Source: an uncultured Acidobacteriota bacterium
Lineage (GTDB): Bacteria; Acidobacteriota; UBA6911
Length of the DNA stretch: 64,000 nt
Direction of reading: 5' to 3'
NCBI GenBank assembly: GCA_963843575.1
Contig: CAWJKZ010000012.1
Span: 96,001 to 160,000 of the forward strand
Under the pieces are notes generated by a model that worked only from the letters and a program-made list of their open reading frames with translations, was not told the origin of the DNA and did not search any database. The first letter of the stretch is position 1, and each line of letters opens with the position of its first letter. A program made the position numbers and the translations under genes. Positions 33,001-41,529 of this stretch are shown here, in pieces.

Positions 33001-35409
33001 CGCCTGCGCCGCCGCCAGGGCGGACTCCGCGGCCGTGCGCGCCTCCGCGGCCGACTTCGCCTCGTCCTCGAGCCGCTGTCGCGCGGCCGTCCATTCGGCC
33101 CGCTCCGCCTCCAGCCGGCTCGCCGCTTCCTGCTGCACCGCCTGTGCCGCCGCCAGGGCGGACTCCGCGGCCGCGCGCGCCTCCGCCGCCGACTTCGCCT
33201 CGTCCTCGAGCCGCTGTCGCGCGGCCGTCCATTCGGCCCGTTCCGTCTCCAGCCGGCTCGCCGCTTCCTGCTGCGCCGCCTGCGCCGCCGCCAGGGCGGA
33301 CTCCGCGGCCGTGCGCGCCTCCGCAGCCGACTTCGCCTCGTCCTCGAGCCGCTGTCGCGCGGCCGTCCATTCGGCCCGCTCCGCCTCCAGCCGGCTCGCC
33401 GCTTCCTGCTGCACCGCCTGTGCCGCCGCCAGGGCGGACTCCGCGGCCGTGCGCGCCTCCGCGGCCGACTTCGCCTCGTCCTCGAGCCGCTGTCGCGCGG
33501 CCGTCCATTCGGCCCGTTCCGTCTCCAGCCGGCTCGCCGCTTCCTGCTGTGCCGCCTGCGCCGCCGCCAGGGCGGACTCCGCGGCCGTGCGCGCCTCCGC
33601 AGCCGACTTCGCCTCGTCCTCGAGCCGCTGTCGCGCGGCCGTCCATTCGGCCCGCTCCGTCTCCAGCCGGCTCGCCGCTTCCTGCTGCGCCGCCTGCGCC
33701 GCCGCCAGGGCGGACTCCGCGGCCGTGCGCGCCTCCGCAGCCGACTTCGCCTCGTCCTCGAGCCGCTGTCGCGCGGCCGTCCATTCGGCCCGCTCCGCCT
33801 CCAGCCGGCTCGCCGCTTCCTGCTGCACCGCCTGTGCCGCCGCCAGGGCGGACTCCGCGGCCGTGCGCGCCTCCGCAGCCGACTTCGCCTCGTCCTCGAG
33901 CCGCTGTCGCGCGGCCGTCCATTCGGCCTCCAAACGGCTCGCCGCTTCCTGCTGCGCCGCCTGCGCCGCTGCGCCCGCTTCTACCGAGGCTTTCGCTTCG
34001 TCCTCGAACCGCTGTCGCGCAGCCGCCCACTCGGCGCGTTCCGTTTCCAGCCGGCTAATCAGCTCCTCCCGGGCCGTGCGCGCAGACTCGGCCGCCTCCT
34101 GTGCGGCCGCGCTCCCAAGCGATTGCTGTTCCAGTTGCTGCCGGACCGCGGTCCATTGCGTTCGCTCCGACTCGAACGCCGCGCGTTCTCTTTCCAGATC
34201 CAGAACTTTCTGCTCGGCAGCGCCGAGTCTCGCCTGCCAGTCCCGGCGTTCCTCGTCGAACTTCGCCGAGGATTGTGCTCCGGTCAACTGGGCAGCCTCG
34301 ATGGCCTGGTCCAGGGTCCCGCACTGACTTTCCGCGGCCGCGACACGGGACTCGAGTTCGCGCAAGGTTCTTTCCCAGCGTTCGCGGTCCTGCGTCTGCT
34401 CGCTTCCGTTCGACCGCGTCGTTTCGAGCGAATGCTCCAAGGCGGCCCGCTGCTCTTCCGCCAGCTTCAGCCTCTTTTCCAGGTCCTGACGCGCACCGTC
34501 CCACTCGCCGCGCAGTCCCCTAATTTTCTCAATGATCCTCGCCTCTACCGATTGCTGGGCCCGGAGGCCGCGCTCCAGCTCCGCACACCGCTCTTCGGCG
34601 GCCCTGAGCTTTTCCTCCACTTCGCGGGTCCGCGCGTCGGCGTCGCGGCCGTTGGCGCCCTCGGTCCCGGAAGGAACAGCGTCGCTGATGACGGCGAGCA
34701 TGAACGGCGCGCTGCCGGGATCGCGCTGAAACGGCACCCCGCGCAAATCCTGACGGCGCTCGACGCCATCGAATCCGGTCCAGTCCAGGTGAAACGATCC
34801 CGGGTGCCCGGCGCACACGGCCTTGAGAAACGGGTGGAACCTGGCCTGAGATTCCGCAGGCAACAGGGAGGCGAACTCCTTGCCCACGACCTGATCGAGA
34901 CGCTGCGCCCCGACTTGCCCCAAGCCGGCCCAGTTCAGCGCCATGATGGTCCCGTCGGGAGCGACCATGACCACGCAGGCGGGCATCTGCTCGATGATGA
35001 GGCGCAGGCGGTCTTCGCCGCGCTGGCCGGGCGATTTGTCCTGAGTTCCCGTGAGACGCTGAAGCGAGCGCGTAAGCCGCTCGAGATACCCGCCGGACTT
35101 TACGAGTGATTCGTCGGCTCCGGCCTGGAGGTTCTGATCGGGAGTTTCGGCGTCGGCAAGCCCGGTCAGCACCACGATCACCGGGGCTGGCCCGGCGGTC
35201 CGGACCTTGCGCACGAGCTCGATCGAGTCCTGGCCGAGCGAAGCCTGGTCCAGCAGGAGGACGTCACTCGGCCCCAACCCTTCCAGCCGGGTCAAAGCAG
35301 CGTCCGTGGACGGGGAAACCGAGATCTGCATTTGCGGGAGCATGCGCGCGAGTTCGTGTTCGACGAAATCGCCGTCCCGCAAATCACGCGTCACGTACAG
35401 GATCTTCAT
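30037..35409 (-). CDS. Giant receiver-PAS-coiled-coil protein (~1790 aa; probable compensating frameshifts near 30620 and 30115)
   Basis: N-terminal receiver (VLLLD, VLTG, AGADESLVK); PAS (IIEQMPACVVMVAPDG..LN..VVGK); then ~1500 aa Ala/Glu/Arg/Gln-rich helical sequence. Confidence 0.85.
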   Translation of the reverse strand: MKILYVTRDLRDGDFVEHELARMLPQMQISVSPSTDAALTRLEGLGPSDVLLLDQASLGQDSIELVRKVRTAGPAPVIVVLTGLADAETPDQNLQAGADESLVKSGGYLERLTRSLQRLTGTQDKSPGQRGEDRLRLIIEQMPACVVMVAPDGTIMALNWAGLGQVGAQRLDQVVGKEFASLLPAESQARFHPFLKAVCAGHPGSFHLDWTGFDGVERRQDLRGVPFQRDPGSAPFMLAVISDAVPSGTEGANGRDADARTREVEEKLRAAEERCAELERGLRAQQSVEARIIEKIRGLRGEWDGARQDLEKRLKLAEEQRAALEHSLETTRSNGSEQTQDRERWERTLRELESRVAAAESQCGTLDQAIEAAQLTGAQSSAKFDEERRDWQARLGAAEQKVLDLERERAAFESERTQWTAVRQQLEQQSLGSAAAQEAAESARTAREELISRLETERAEWAAARQRFEDEAKASVEAGAAAQAAQQEAASRLEAEWTAARQRLEDEAKSAAEARTAAESALAAAQAVQQEAASRLEAERAEWTAARQRLEDEAKSAAEARTAAESALAAAQAAQQEAASRLETERAEWTAARQRLEDEAKSAAEARTAAESALAAAQAAQQEAASRLETERAEWTAARQRLEDEAKSAAEARTAAESALAAAQAVQQEAASRLEAERAEWTAARQRLEDEAKSAAEARTAAESALAAAQAAQQEAASRLETERAEWTAARQRLEDEAKSAAEARAAAESALAAAQAVQQEAASRLEAERAEWTAARQRLEDEAKSAAEARTAAESALAAAQAAQQEAASRLEAERAEWTAARQRLEDEAKSAAEARTAAESALAAAQAAQQEAASRLETERAEWTAARQRLEDEAKSAAEARAAAESALAAAQQDVVNRLAAERAEWAASREQSEREAQASAEARAIAEQTLAAAQAALQELTSRLEAEGAQWTASRLGLEDEAKAAVAARTAAESALTEAKAAEQEWASRLERERAEWAASRQGLEDEAKAAAAARAAAESALAEAKSAEQELASRMEAEHAEWAASRQQFEREVNAAAEALLTEAQAARQEASSQLEMERAGWVSTRQQLEEQLQAAVDARRDTESALLAVRTDLQEMSARMDSERVQWAESRRGLEEQLRTATEERSAAQAAVDEASAVRRELVGRIEAESAQHLEVRRQLEAQLRSVSEARADAESALAAASAVQQDLAGKVEAELAQRRLREEELRDLAEARAMAESALSASQAAQQELSARLDSEGALWTEARRQLESQLEQLGEARAALESALDDEHAARRAAAEQAEWEKAQWAATRQKLEASLQEAIDARAAVDRLLADAQSAASRFETERTGWESARRQLERGLQEALDGRAGLETALSAARSAHESAVAQLASERSASTLVRSELEQGLRDLQSQIAALTASLEAAEQAKCAVLSELSGARAAAEEVAREHDENLKAVSEALAERTLQVESQRCEIDSVRAALGLAEDARGGMDHRLREADRLREEERLEHERRQASLEGELQATKARGFDLSLKLEQAGSELARLENLKAEIEKGRILAETDRDALEEKLRDARLVEARLADDLRAERAERSGDRSHCSSSRPRARNWPPPWSSCGSATRNWWRPGRPTKPGSGRSRTRRPGFAPRLRPSSQRAPRRNPPRHGWRRMPSSSRPCWRTRDRTRPGSATRATSCGARCSRPARGIASSSRKGPRASSRCSTAAWHACVRSPRAGLPFWRPNIGKNSSASIRLSARPTCASRISTTLLAEREQAERKMSSGIGRNTESGA
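32726..33970 (-). repeat. 138-bp (46-aa) in-frame tandem repeat: 8 near-identical units plus partial flanks
   Basis: Unit EDEAKSAAEARTAAESALAAAQA(A/V)QQEAASRLE(A/T)ERAEWTAARQRL; gcctcgtcctcgagccgctg recurs at 32921 and 33059 (138 bp apart) and onward. Confidence 0.95.
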
Positions 35410-35440
35410 AGTTGACCCAGGAGCAGGAGCCTTCCGGTTT

Positions 35441-35986
35441 TTACCAGTTGTTCAGCCCGAACATGTCCCTCAACTCGTCGCCGCCATTCGGGGCGCTGGC
35501 CGTCACCATTACCATTCGCTCGGGTTCGTCTGGAGCCGCCACGGGCTCCGTTTGGGGGGACGACTCGGCGGCCGGCTGCTGCGGCTCCGCGGGCGGCGGT
35601 GCATTCCCCGCAGCGGCGTTATCCTCGGTGAATTGCGCGTCTGCGAGAAGAAACTCCTCGTCGAACTGCATTGCCGTGTGGAACCGGATCGTGGAACTGC
35701 CCACGACGGCCGTTCGGGAATAGACGACCCGCCCTTTCAACATCAGGATCGCCTCGGCCGTGACGATGCGCAGGCAGATGGGAGACTTGGGCGCGAGTCT
35801 GGCATCCGTCTCGATGAGGGCTCCCCCGCGGGACACGTTGATCAGATTGGCCTCGGGGCCCGCCACGATTCGGACCGCCTTCAGGTGTGGTATCACCGAA
35901 GGGGGTCTGCGCGGGTGCACCCTCTGCTCAATCCCCGACTTGGCAAATTTGGAGTGTACCTGGTTCGGCCGCATTGTTTCCCCCAC
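35441..35986 (-). CDS. PilZ-domain protein
   Basis: RVHPR (RxxxR) and NVSRGG (NxSxxG) motifs, LKGRVV strand; Pro/Ala/Glu-rich tail. Confidence 0.8.
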   Translation of the reverse strand: MGETMRPNQVHSKFAKSGIEQRVHPRRPPSVIPHLKAVRIVAGPEANLINVSRGGALIETDARLAPKSPICLRIVTAEAILMLKGRVVYSRTAVVGSSTIRFHTAMQFDEEFLLADAQFTEDNAAAGNAPPPAEPQQPAAESSPQTEPVAAPDEPERMVMVTASAPNGGDELRDMFGLNNW

Positions 35987-36324
35987 AGACTCTCTTTGCG
36001 CCAGCCGCCGGACGCGAACGAAACTCCACCCCCGGAGCCCGGGCTCCTAAACGGTATCGGCAGGTTTTGCCGCACGTTTAGAAGCATTTGCGCCCGAGGG
36101 AAGGGGCGGTGCCGAGCTCGAATCGGGCTCTTTATTAATATCACAGAAGCACAAGAGTGAGGCCGTGGCTGAAGCGATTCGGCAGTGCGCGGCTCGGGGA
36201 GCGGGGAAGCTCCGGGACGTCCGCCGCACTTCACATCGTGGCGGGACTGAACGGGATGGCGGGGAAGCGGGGGTGAGGTGGGGGTGGGCGGGGCGCCGTA
36301 ACGACGCCCACGCCGTTACGACGG

Positions 36325-36528
36325 TTAGATTTTCACGACTCTTTGCGCCTTCAGCCCTTTGGGACCGTGCTCGACGTCAAATTCGATCCTATCGCCTTCG
36401 TTCAGGGACTTGAAACCCGTGGCCTCGATGGCCGAGTGGTGTACGAAGATGTCGTCGCCGGAATCACGGCTGACGAATCCGTAGCCCTTCTCACTGTTAA
36501 ACCACTTCACTGTTCCTTGTTCTCTCAT
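36325..36528 (-). CDS. Cold-shock domain protein (CspA family)
   Basis: [39 protein letters not shown]. Confidence 0.95.
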   Translation of the reverse strand: MREQGTVKWFNSEKGYGFVSRDSGDDIFVHHSAIEATGFKSLNEGDRIEFDVEHGPKGLKAQRVVKI

Positions 36529-36611
36529 CTTTTCTCTTTCTGCTGATTTCCGCATGCGCGGGTGCTAATTGGGTCCTGCTGCCGCTCGGACCGCGATCGG
36601 CTGGTTAGCCC

Positions 36612-36655
36612 ATAAACAAAAAACGCTGCGACCCCTCTCAGGAGTTGCAGCGCTT
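36612..36655 (-). terminator. Intrinsic-terminator-like hairpin in the csp leader
   Basis: Minus strand aagcgctgcaactcct-gag-aggggtcgcagcgtt continuing into a T-rich tract (ttttgttt). Confidence 0.65.
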
Positions 36656-36696
36656 CTGGGCTACCGGCGGCACAAAACCCTGATACGACACACGAA

Positions 36697-36725
36697 AGTA
36701 TACCGGAGAGAGGCCCGGCCTTCAA
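36697..36725 (-). promoter_or_regulatory. Sigma70-type promoter for csp
   Basis: Minus strand TTGAAG-N17-TATACT. Confidence 0.7.
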
Positions 36726-36780
36726 GAAAATGTCGCTGCCTCTCCTTCGCGGACGCCGCAGCCTCACACAGCCGGGCCGG

Positions 36781-39249
36781 TCAATGCCTTCCGGGGCCGA
36801 CGGCCGCGCCGGCAGCCCCGCTCCCGTGCGTGGCGGCGCGCAGCCTGGGGACCAGGCGGACGCGGTATTCGGTGGACTTCTCGATCGCGCGGCGCGAATA
36901 CAGCAGCGGAAAGTACTGCCCGGTCAGCCAGAGGGGGGCCAGGTCGCGGTAATGGGGATTGACCGGGTCGCCGGACTGGCCCGGATAGTTGACGGCACGC
37001 GAATTGTCCCAGTTGCCGACGTCGACCACGATCCTAAACGAAGGTCCGTTTGTCTGGCGGAAATCCTCGGGGCGGTACAGGGACTGGTTCGGGGTGCTCT
37101 CGCTGCCGTCCTTGGCAAACGGTCCGACATCGATCGATGTCCTCAGGCTCTCCTCGACGGCTCCGGAAAACGGATGCTCGCTTCGGTTGTAGTGCAAGCG
37201 GCCCCACTGCCACCTCGAGGCTTCGCTGCCCTGAAGACCGGCCAACTCGGCGTAAGCGGCGGACAGCGTCGACAGCAGCAGCGCGTCGCGGCGCTCCCCG
37301 GCCCCCTCCCCGAAAAGCTCCGCAGGGTTCTCGAGAGCATCCAGCATCACGCGCAGGTCGGTGGCAGCGACGGCCTCCGCCGCAGCGCCCGGGAGGACGG
37401 CGGACCGGAACCCGGGACGCAGATGGCGCGATAGCCACACCTCGAACAACGCGGCCGCGGCCGACTCGCGGTTGAGCCGGAAGTCCCAAGCCCGGAGGAG
37501 GGCCAGCGCCTCCACGGCCTGCGCGCCCGCGGATTTCAGCCCGGCGAGCAGGGTGACGAGCCTGCGCGCCGGGATCGAGAGGACGTCGTTCTGCAGGCGC
37601 TCGGAATCCTCGAGGGAGATCGCCGGGAGGGCGCCGAACACCTCCGCGATCCGCATGAAGCGCGACGGGTTGGTCCATTCGAAGCCGAGCTTGCGTTCGC
37701 GATAGGGGTAGTCCGGCGGCAGGTTCATCTGGTTGGCCGTGGCAAACCAGCCCTGCGGGGGGTTGCAGGCACCGGGCAGGTCGTCCCCTTTCCAGAAACC
37801 GCCCCACTCGTACCTGCCGTCTCCCGGGACGGGCAGCAGCCCGTCCCAGTTCGGCCTGATGGGCGCCATACCCCGGGGCAGCCAGCCAATGTTCCCCTTG
37901 GCGTCAGCGTAGACGTGATTGACCGTAGGTGCTCCCCAGCGGGTCAGCGCCGCCTTGAATTCCGTGAAATTGCGGGCGCGCATCGACTCGATGCTGCAGA
38001 GGTATGGCGACATCCCCGGCTCGAACCAGCACGAACGCAACGCAAAAGCGCGTCCCTGCTGCCGGTCCATGTAAATGACGGGACCGTGACGCGTGAAAGC
38101 CAGCTCGACCGGGACCGGGGAGCCGCGGCGGACCGCGATAGACTCGCGCACCGTACGGAACGATTCCCACCCCCCTCCGTACCTGTACTGCTGCGTGTTC
38201 CCGGGATTGAGCTCGTAGACGTACAGATCTTCCTGGTCGATGGGGAAAATCGTCAGCCCGAACGCGATGGTGCCGTTGTGGCCAATGTGGATGCCGGGGA
38301 GCGCGGGTTCCCCCGCGCCGATGACGTCCAGGCCCGGGGCGGACAGGTGGGCAATATAGCGCAGGCTGGGAGTCGAGTAGGCCCGGTGCGGGTCGTTCGC
38401 CATGATGGCCCGGCCCGTCGCGCTCTTCGCCGGCGCCACCACCCAGTTGTTGCTCCCTTCCAGGATTTCCTCTTCCGCGCCGCCAGCCGCAGGGAGGGCC
38501 ATCCCCACGGAGCCCGCCAGGAGAGCCCGCGTCAAACGCACCGGTTCCGTGGCCAGCTGGAAATCCGCCGTGACCTGACGCGGTAAGCAGAGGTCCAGCC
38601 GCTCGGGGGCCAGCGTTTCCCAGGGGGGCTGCAACCCGGAGCGGATCCGGTCGGGCGCCAGGCCGGCCGCGCACGCGGTGCGCGCACGCGCGACCTCCGA
38701 CAACAGGTTGCGGGTCAACCCATGGCTGCGAATCCGCACCACGTCGCCGGGCTCCCACCGCGCCGGCGCGTAGCCGAAGGTTTTGAACTCCCAGGGGAGC
38801 TGCTCCGGGTGTTCGGCGAGCTGGTCGATGAAGGCGTTTATCCCTTCCGTGAACGCCTCCACCGTCTGCCGGACTCGCCGCGCGTGCCCCGGCGCGTACG
38901 CCTCCCATTCGGCAGCGAGTGCCCCGCGGTACAGGAAGAGGCGGGCGGCCCGATCCTGCTCGATGAATGCCGGGCCGAATGCCTCGCTGAGCCTGCCCAG
39001 GCCCCGCCGGCGCCAGAGGTCGAGCTGAAAGAGCCTGTCGCACGCCGCGTTGAAGCCCTGCGCGAAGAAGAGATCGTGCTCGTTCCGGGCGAAGATATGC
39101 GGGACACCCCAACGGTCCACCAGGATCTCCACCGGCTTTTGAAGACCGTGCAGACCGACAACACCAGGAGCCTCCGCTGCCAAGGCCACTCCGCAGCCGG
39201 CCGCCAACCCCGCCAACACCACCACCGCAAGAGCAAAGCGTCGCCGCAT
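36781..39249 (-). CDS. Penicillin acylase family Ntn-hydrolase, exported
   Basis: Signal MRRRFALAVVVLAGL; DRWGVPHI, DRLFQLD, GSNNW, ANDPH, GHNG, TRHGP, PGQSG. Confidence 0.92.
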   Translation of the reverse strand: MRRRFALAVVVLAGLAAGCGVALAAEAPGVVGLHGLQKPVEILVDRWGVPHIFARNEHDLFFAQGFNAACDRLFQLDLWRRRGLGRLSEAFGPAFIEQDRAARLFLYRGALAAEWEAYAPGHARRVRQTVEAFTEGINAFIDQLAEHPEQLPWEFKTFGYAPARWEPGDVVRIRSHGLTRNLLSEVARARTACAAGLAPDRIRSGLQPPWETLAPERLDLCLPRQVTADFQLATEPVRLTRALLAGSVGMALPAAGGAEEEILEGSNNWVVAPAKSATGRAIMANDPHRAYSTPSLRYIAHLSAPGLDVIGAGEPALPGIHIGHNGTIAFGLTIFPIDQEDLYVYELNPGNTQQYRYGGGWESFRTVRESIAVRRGSPVPVELAFTRHGPVIYMDRQQGRAFALRSCWFEPGMSPYLCSIESMRARNFTEFKAALTRWGAPTVNHVYADAKGNIGWLPRGMAPIRPNWDGLLPVPGDGRYEWGGFWKGDDLPGACNPPQGWFATANQMNLPPDYPYRERKLGFEWTNPSRFMRIAEVFGALPAISLEDSERLQNDVLSIPARRLVTLLAGLKSAGAQAVEALALLRAWDFRLNRESAAAALFEVWLSRHLRPGFRSAVLPGAAAEAVAATDLRVMLDALENPAELFGEGAGERRDALLLSTLSAAYAELAGLQGSEASRWQWGRLHYNRSEHPFSGAVEESLRTSIDVGPFAKDGSESTPNQSLYRPEDFRQTNGPSFRIVVDVGNWDNSRAVNYPGQSGDPVNPHYRDLAPLWLTGQYFPLLYSRRAIEKSTEYRVRLVPRLRAATHGSGAAGAAVGPGRH

Positions 39250-39271
39250 GGCACGACCTTTCAGGAAAGCC

Positions 39272-39350
39272 GCGAGCATTCGAGGCTCCTGGAGCTCCGG
39301 AAGCGAGTCAAACGGCTCACCTCGGAAGCCCAAGGTCCTCGAATTGTCTC
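39272..39350. repeat. Degenerate family D palindromic element
   Basis: cgaggctcctggagct...ctcacctcggaagcccaaggtcctcgaattgtctc resembles the 25433 and 63347 copies. Confidence 0.5.
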
Positions 39351-39502
39351 AGCAGGTCCGGCCGAGGCGCGAGCGCTTCAGCCTGCGCCATGGTAGTACA
39401 GGTCGGCCGGAACCACAGTGGGTTCGGGGATGGGAGGTTTTAGCTTGCCCCGGGCCGACGGAAGCCCTATACAATGACCGCTCCACTTCGGCGAGGCGAA
39501 TC

Positions 39503-40900
39503 ATGGGCGGTCTTTTTGCCGTCGCGTCCGGCGACGACTGCGTTGCGGATCTCTTCTACGGGACGGATTACCACTCCCACCTCGGCACGCGGCGCGGCGG
39601 GCTGGCCGTGATCAAGGGCGGTCACATACACCGCTATATCCATGACATCAGCAACGCCCAGTTCCGCTCGAAGTTCGAGGAGGACGTCCGCAAGCTACAC
39701 GGCAACAGCGGCATCGGCGTCATCAGCGACTACGACGACCAGCCTGTGATTATCCGCTCGCACCTGGGGACCTACGCGATCGTCACGGTGGGGATCGTGA
39801 CGAACGCGGCCAAGCTCGCGGACGTCGCGTACAGAGGGCGCGCCCACTTCGCCGAGATGGGCGGGGGCGAGGTGAACCAGACCGAGCTGGTGGCGACCGT
39901 TATAAACCAAGAGGCCTCCTTCGAAGAGGGGCTGCGGAGCGCGGTCGGAGCCATCGAGGGCTCGTGCTCGATCGTGCTGCTCACCGAGCGCGGCATCTAC
40001 GCTGCGCGCGACCGGCTTGGCAGGACCCCGGTCGTCATCGGGCGAAAGGAAGGCTCCTACGCGGCGACGATGGAGACGTGCGCGTTCCCGAACCTCGGGT
40101 TCGAGATCGAACGCTACCTCGGCCCGGGCGAGGTGGTCCGCTTCACCGAAGGCCACCTAGAACAGTGCAGCAAGCCGGGGGACCGGCTGCAGATCTGCGC
40201 CTTTCTCTGGGTCTATTACGGGTATCCCGCATCCTCCTACGAAGGCATCAACGTCGAGGCGACCCGCTACCGATGCGGGGCGGCGCTGGCGCGCAACGAC
40301 CTGGTCCAGGTCGATTGCGTGGCGGGCATCCCGGACTCCGGGGTCGCCCACGCGATCGGGTACGCCAACACAGCCCGGATCCCTTACACCCGCCCCTATG
40401 TGAAGTACACGCCCACATGGCCCCGCAGCTTCATGCCCACCGACCAGAGGGTCCGGACGCTCGTCGCCCGCATGAAGCTCATCCCCATCCGGGAGCTCAT
40501 CGAGGGGAAGCGCATCCTGTTCGCGGACGACTCGATCGTCCGCGGGACGCAGCTCTCGGACACCATACGCCGGCTCTACGATTCCGGCGCCCGGGAGATC
40601 CACATGCGCCCCGCCTGCCCGCCCCTGGTGTTCGGCTGCAAGTTCCTGAACTTCTCGCGTTCGCGCTCGGCGCTGGACCTCGTCGGGCGGACGGCGATCA
40701 AGGAACTGGAAGGAAAGGACGACGCGCACCTGGCCGAATACTCGGACCCCGGCAGCCCAAGGCACTGCGCCATGGTCGACCTCATCCGGGCGCGGCTCCA
40801 CCTCTCCACCCTGCAGTACCAGAAGCTGCCGGATCTCGTCGAGGCGATCGGACTGCCGAAGGAGCGGCTCTGCACCTACTGCTGGGATGGCGCCGAGTAG
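39503..40900 (+). CDS. purF: Amidophosphoribosyltransferase, variant lacking the N-terminal Cys
   Basis: Starts MGGLFAV; ARDRLGRTP, GIPDSG, ADDSIVRGTQ PRPP loop, RPACPP, CTYC. Confidence 0.88.
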   Translation: MGGLFAVASGDDCVADLFYGTDYHSHLGTRRGGLAVIKGGHIHRYIHDISNAQFRSKFEEDVRKLHGNSGIGVISDYDDQPVIIRSHLGTYAIVTVGIVTNAAKLADVAYRGRAHFAEMGGGEVNQTELVATVINQEASFEEGLRSAVGAIEGSCSIVLLTERGIYAARDRLGRTPVVIGRKEGSYAATMETCAFPNLGFEIERYLGPGEVVRFTEGHLEQCSKPGDRLQICAFLWVYYGYPASSYEGINVEATRYRCGAALARNDLVQVDCVAGIPDSGVAHAIGYANTARIPYTRPYVKYTPTWPRSFMPTDQRVRTLVARMKLIPIRELIEGKRILFADDSIVRGTQLSDTIRRLYDSGAREIHMRPACPPLVFGCKFLNFSRSRSALDLVGRTAIKELEGKDDAHLAEYSDPGSPRHCAMVDLIRARLHLSTLQYQKLPDLVEAIGLPKERLCTYCWDGAE

Positions 40901-40909
40901 CCCTCGACG

Positions 40910-41398
40910 CTACCGGGCGGGCGCCGAACCGACTACAGACGCCGCTTCCAGCCGCGCCACCACCCTGTCGGACACCGCCGGGACGCCCTTGACCTCGATC
41001 CCGGCCACCCGCATGGTGCCAGCGGCTGCGAGGGTTCCTGGCACCGCGACGACCTCGGTGCGCAGCGCCTCACCATTTGCGGACTGGTACGTGAGCCGAA
41101 CCCGTATCCCCTGGTACGCCACCGTCGCCGTGCTGGTCAGGGTGAAGGCGTGAATGGCCGTGCGGGAACCCTGGACGTACTTCCATGATTCACTCCCGAT
41201 CCGTATGTAACGCTCCGGGTAGTCGCGGTAGTACTCCCGCACCTGGACCAGGGGATCCTTTTTCTTCAGAAACTGCGCCTGGTCGACGCGCCCGAGCGGG
41301 CGCACCCACATCGCGGCCTTGTAACCCACCACGACGAGGGCGCAGACGAGCAGCGCCGCTTCGGTGATCAGCAGCCACCGCGGGGATTTCACGATCAT
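40910..41398 (-). CDS. Hypothetical membrane-anchored protein
   Basis: GGAGG before MIVKSPRW; one N-terminal hydrophobic helix, then a beta-rich domain. Confidence 0.65.
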   Translation of the reverse strand: MIVKSPRWLLITEAALLVCALVVVGYKAAMWVRPLGRVDQAQFLKKKDPLVQVREYYRDYPERYIRIGSESWKYVQGSRTAIHAFTLTSTATVAYQGIRVRLTYQSANGEALRTEVVAVPGTLAAAGTMRVAGIEVKGVPAVSDRVVARLEAASVVGSAPAR

Positions 41399-41529
41399 CG
41401 CACCTCCCGGACCGTCGCGGCCGGAAAAGCCCGCCGGCAGCCTGTTGGAACCCAGGAGCCGGCCGCGACGTCTAATGATAGAGTAAAGCGCGGTTGGAAC
41501 CCTGCGCATTTCTCCCCAAGGGGGTCGCC

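Noticed and set aside
32726-33970. Tandem repeat as a CRISPR array
   Set aside because: Contiguous in-frame 138-bp units, no unique spacers, no cas genes.
31589-35109. Long alternative-frame and antisense ORFs (Gly-, Arg- or Pro-rich) over the repeat
   Set aside because: Shadows of a GC-rich repeat whose length is a multiple of three.
30037-35409. SMC/SbcC, phage tape measure or chemoreceptor
   Set aside because: No Walker motifs or hinge, no phage genes, no TM or MCP signalling hairpin recognised.
39445-39475. Promoter TTGCCC...TACAAT upstream of purF
   Set aside because: 19-bp spacer and weak -35; plausible but not well enough supported.
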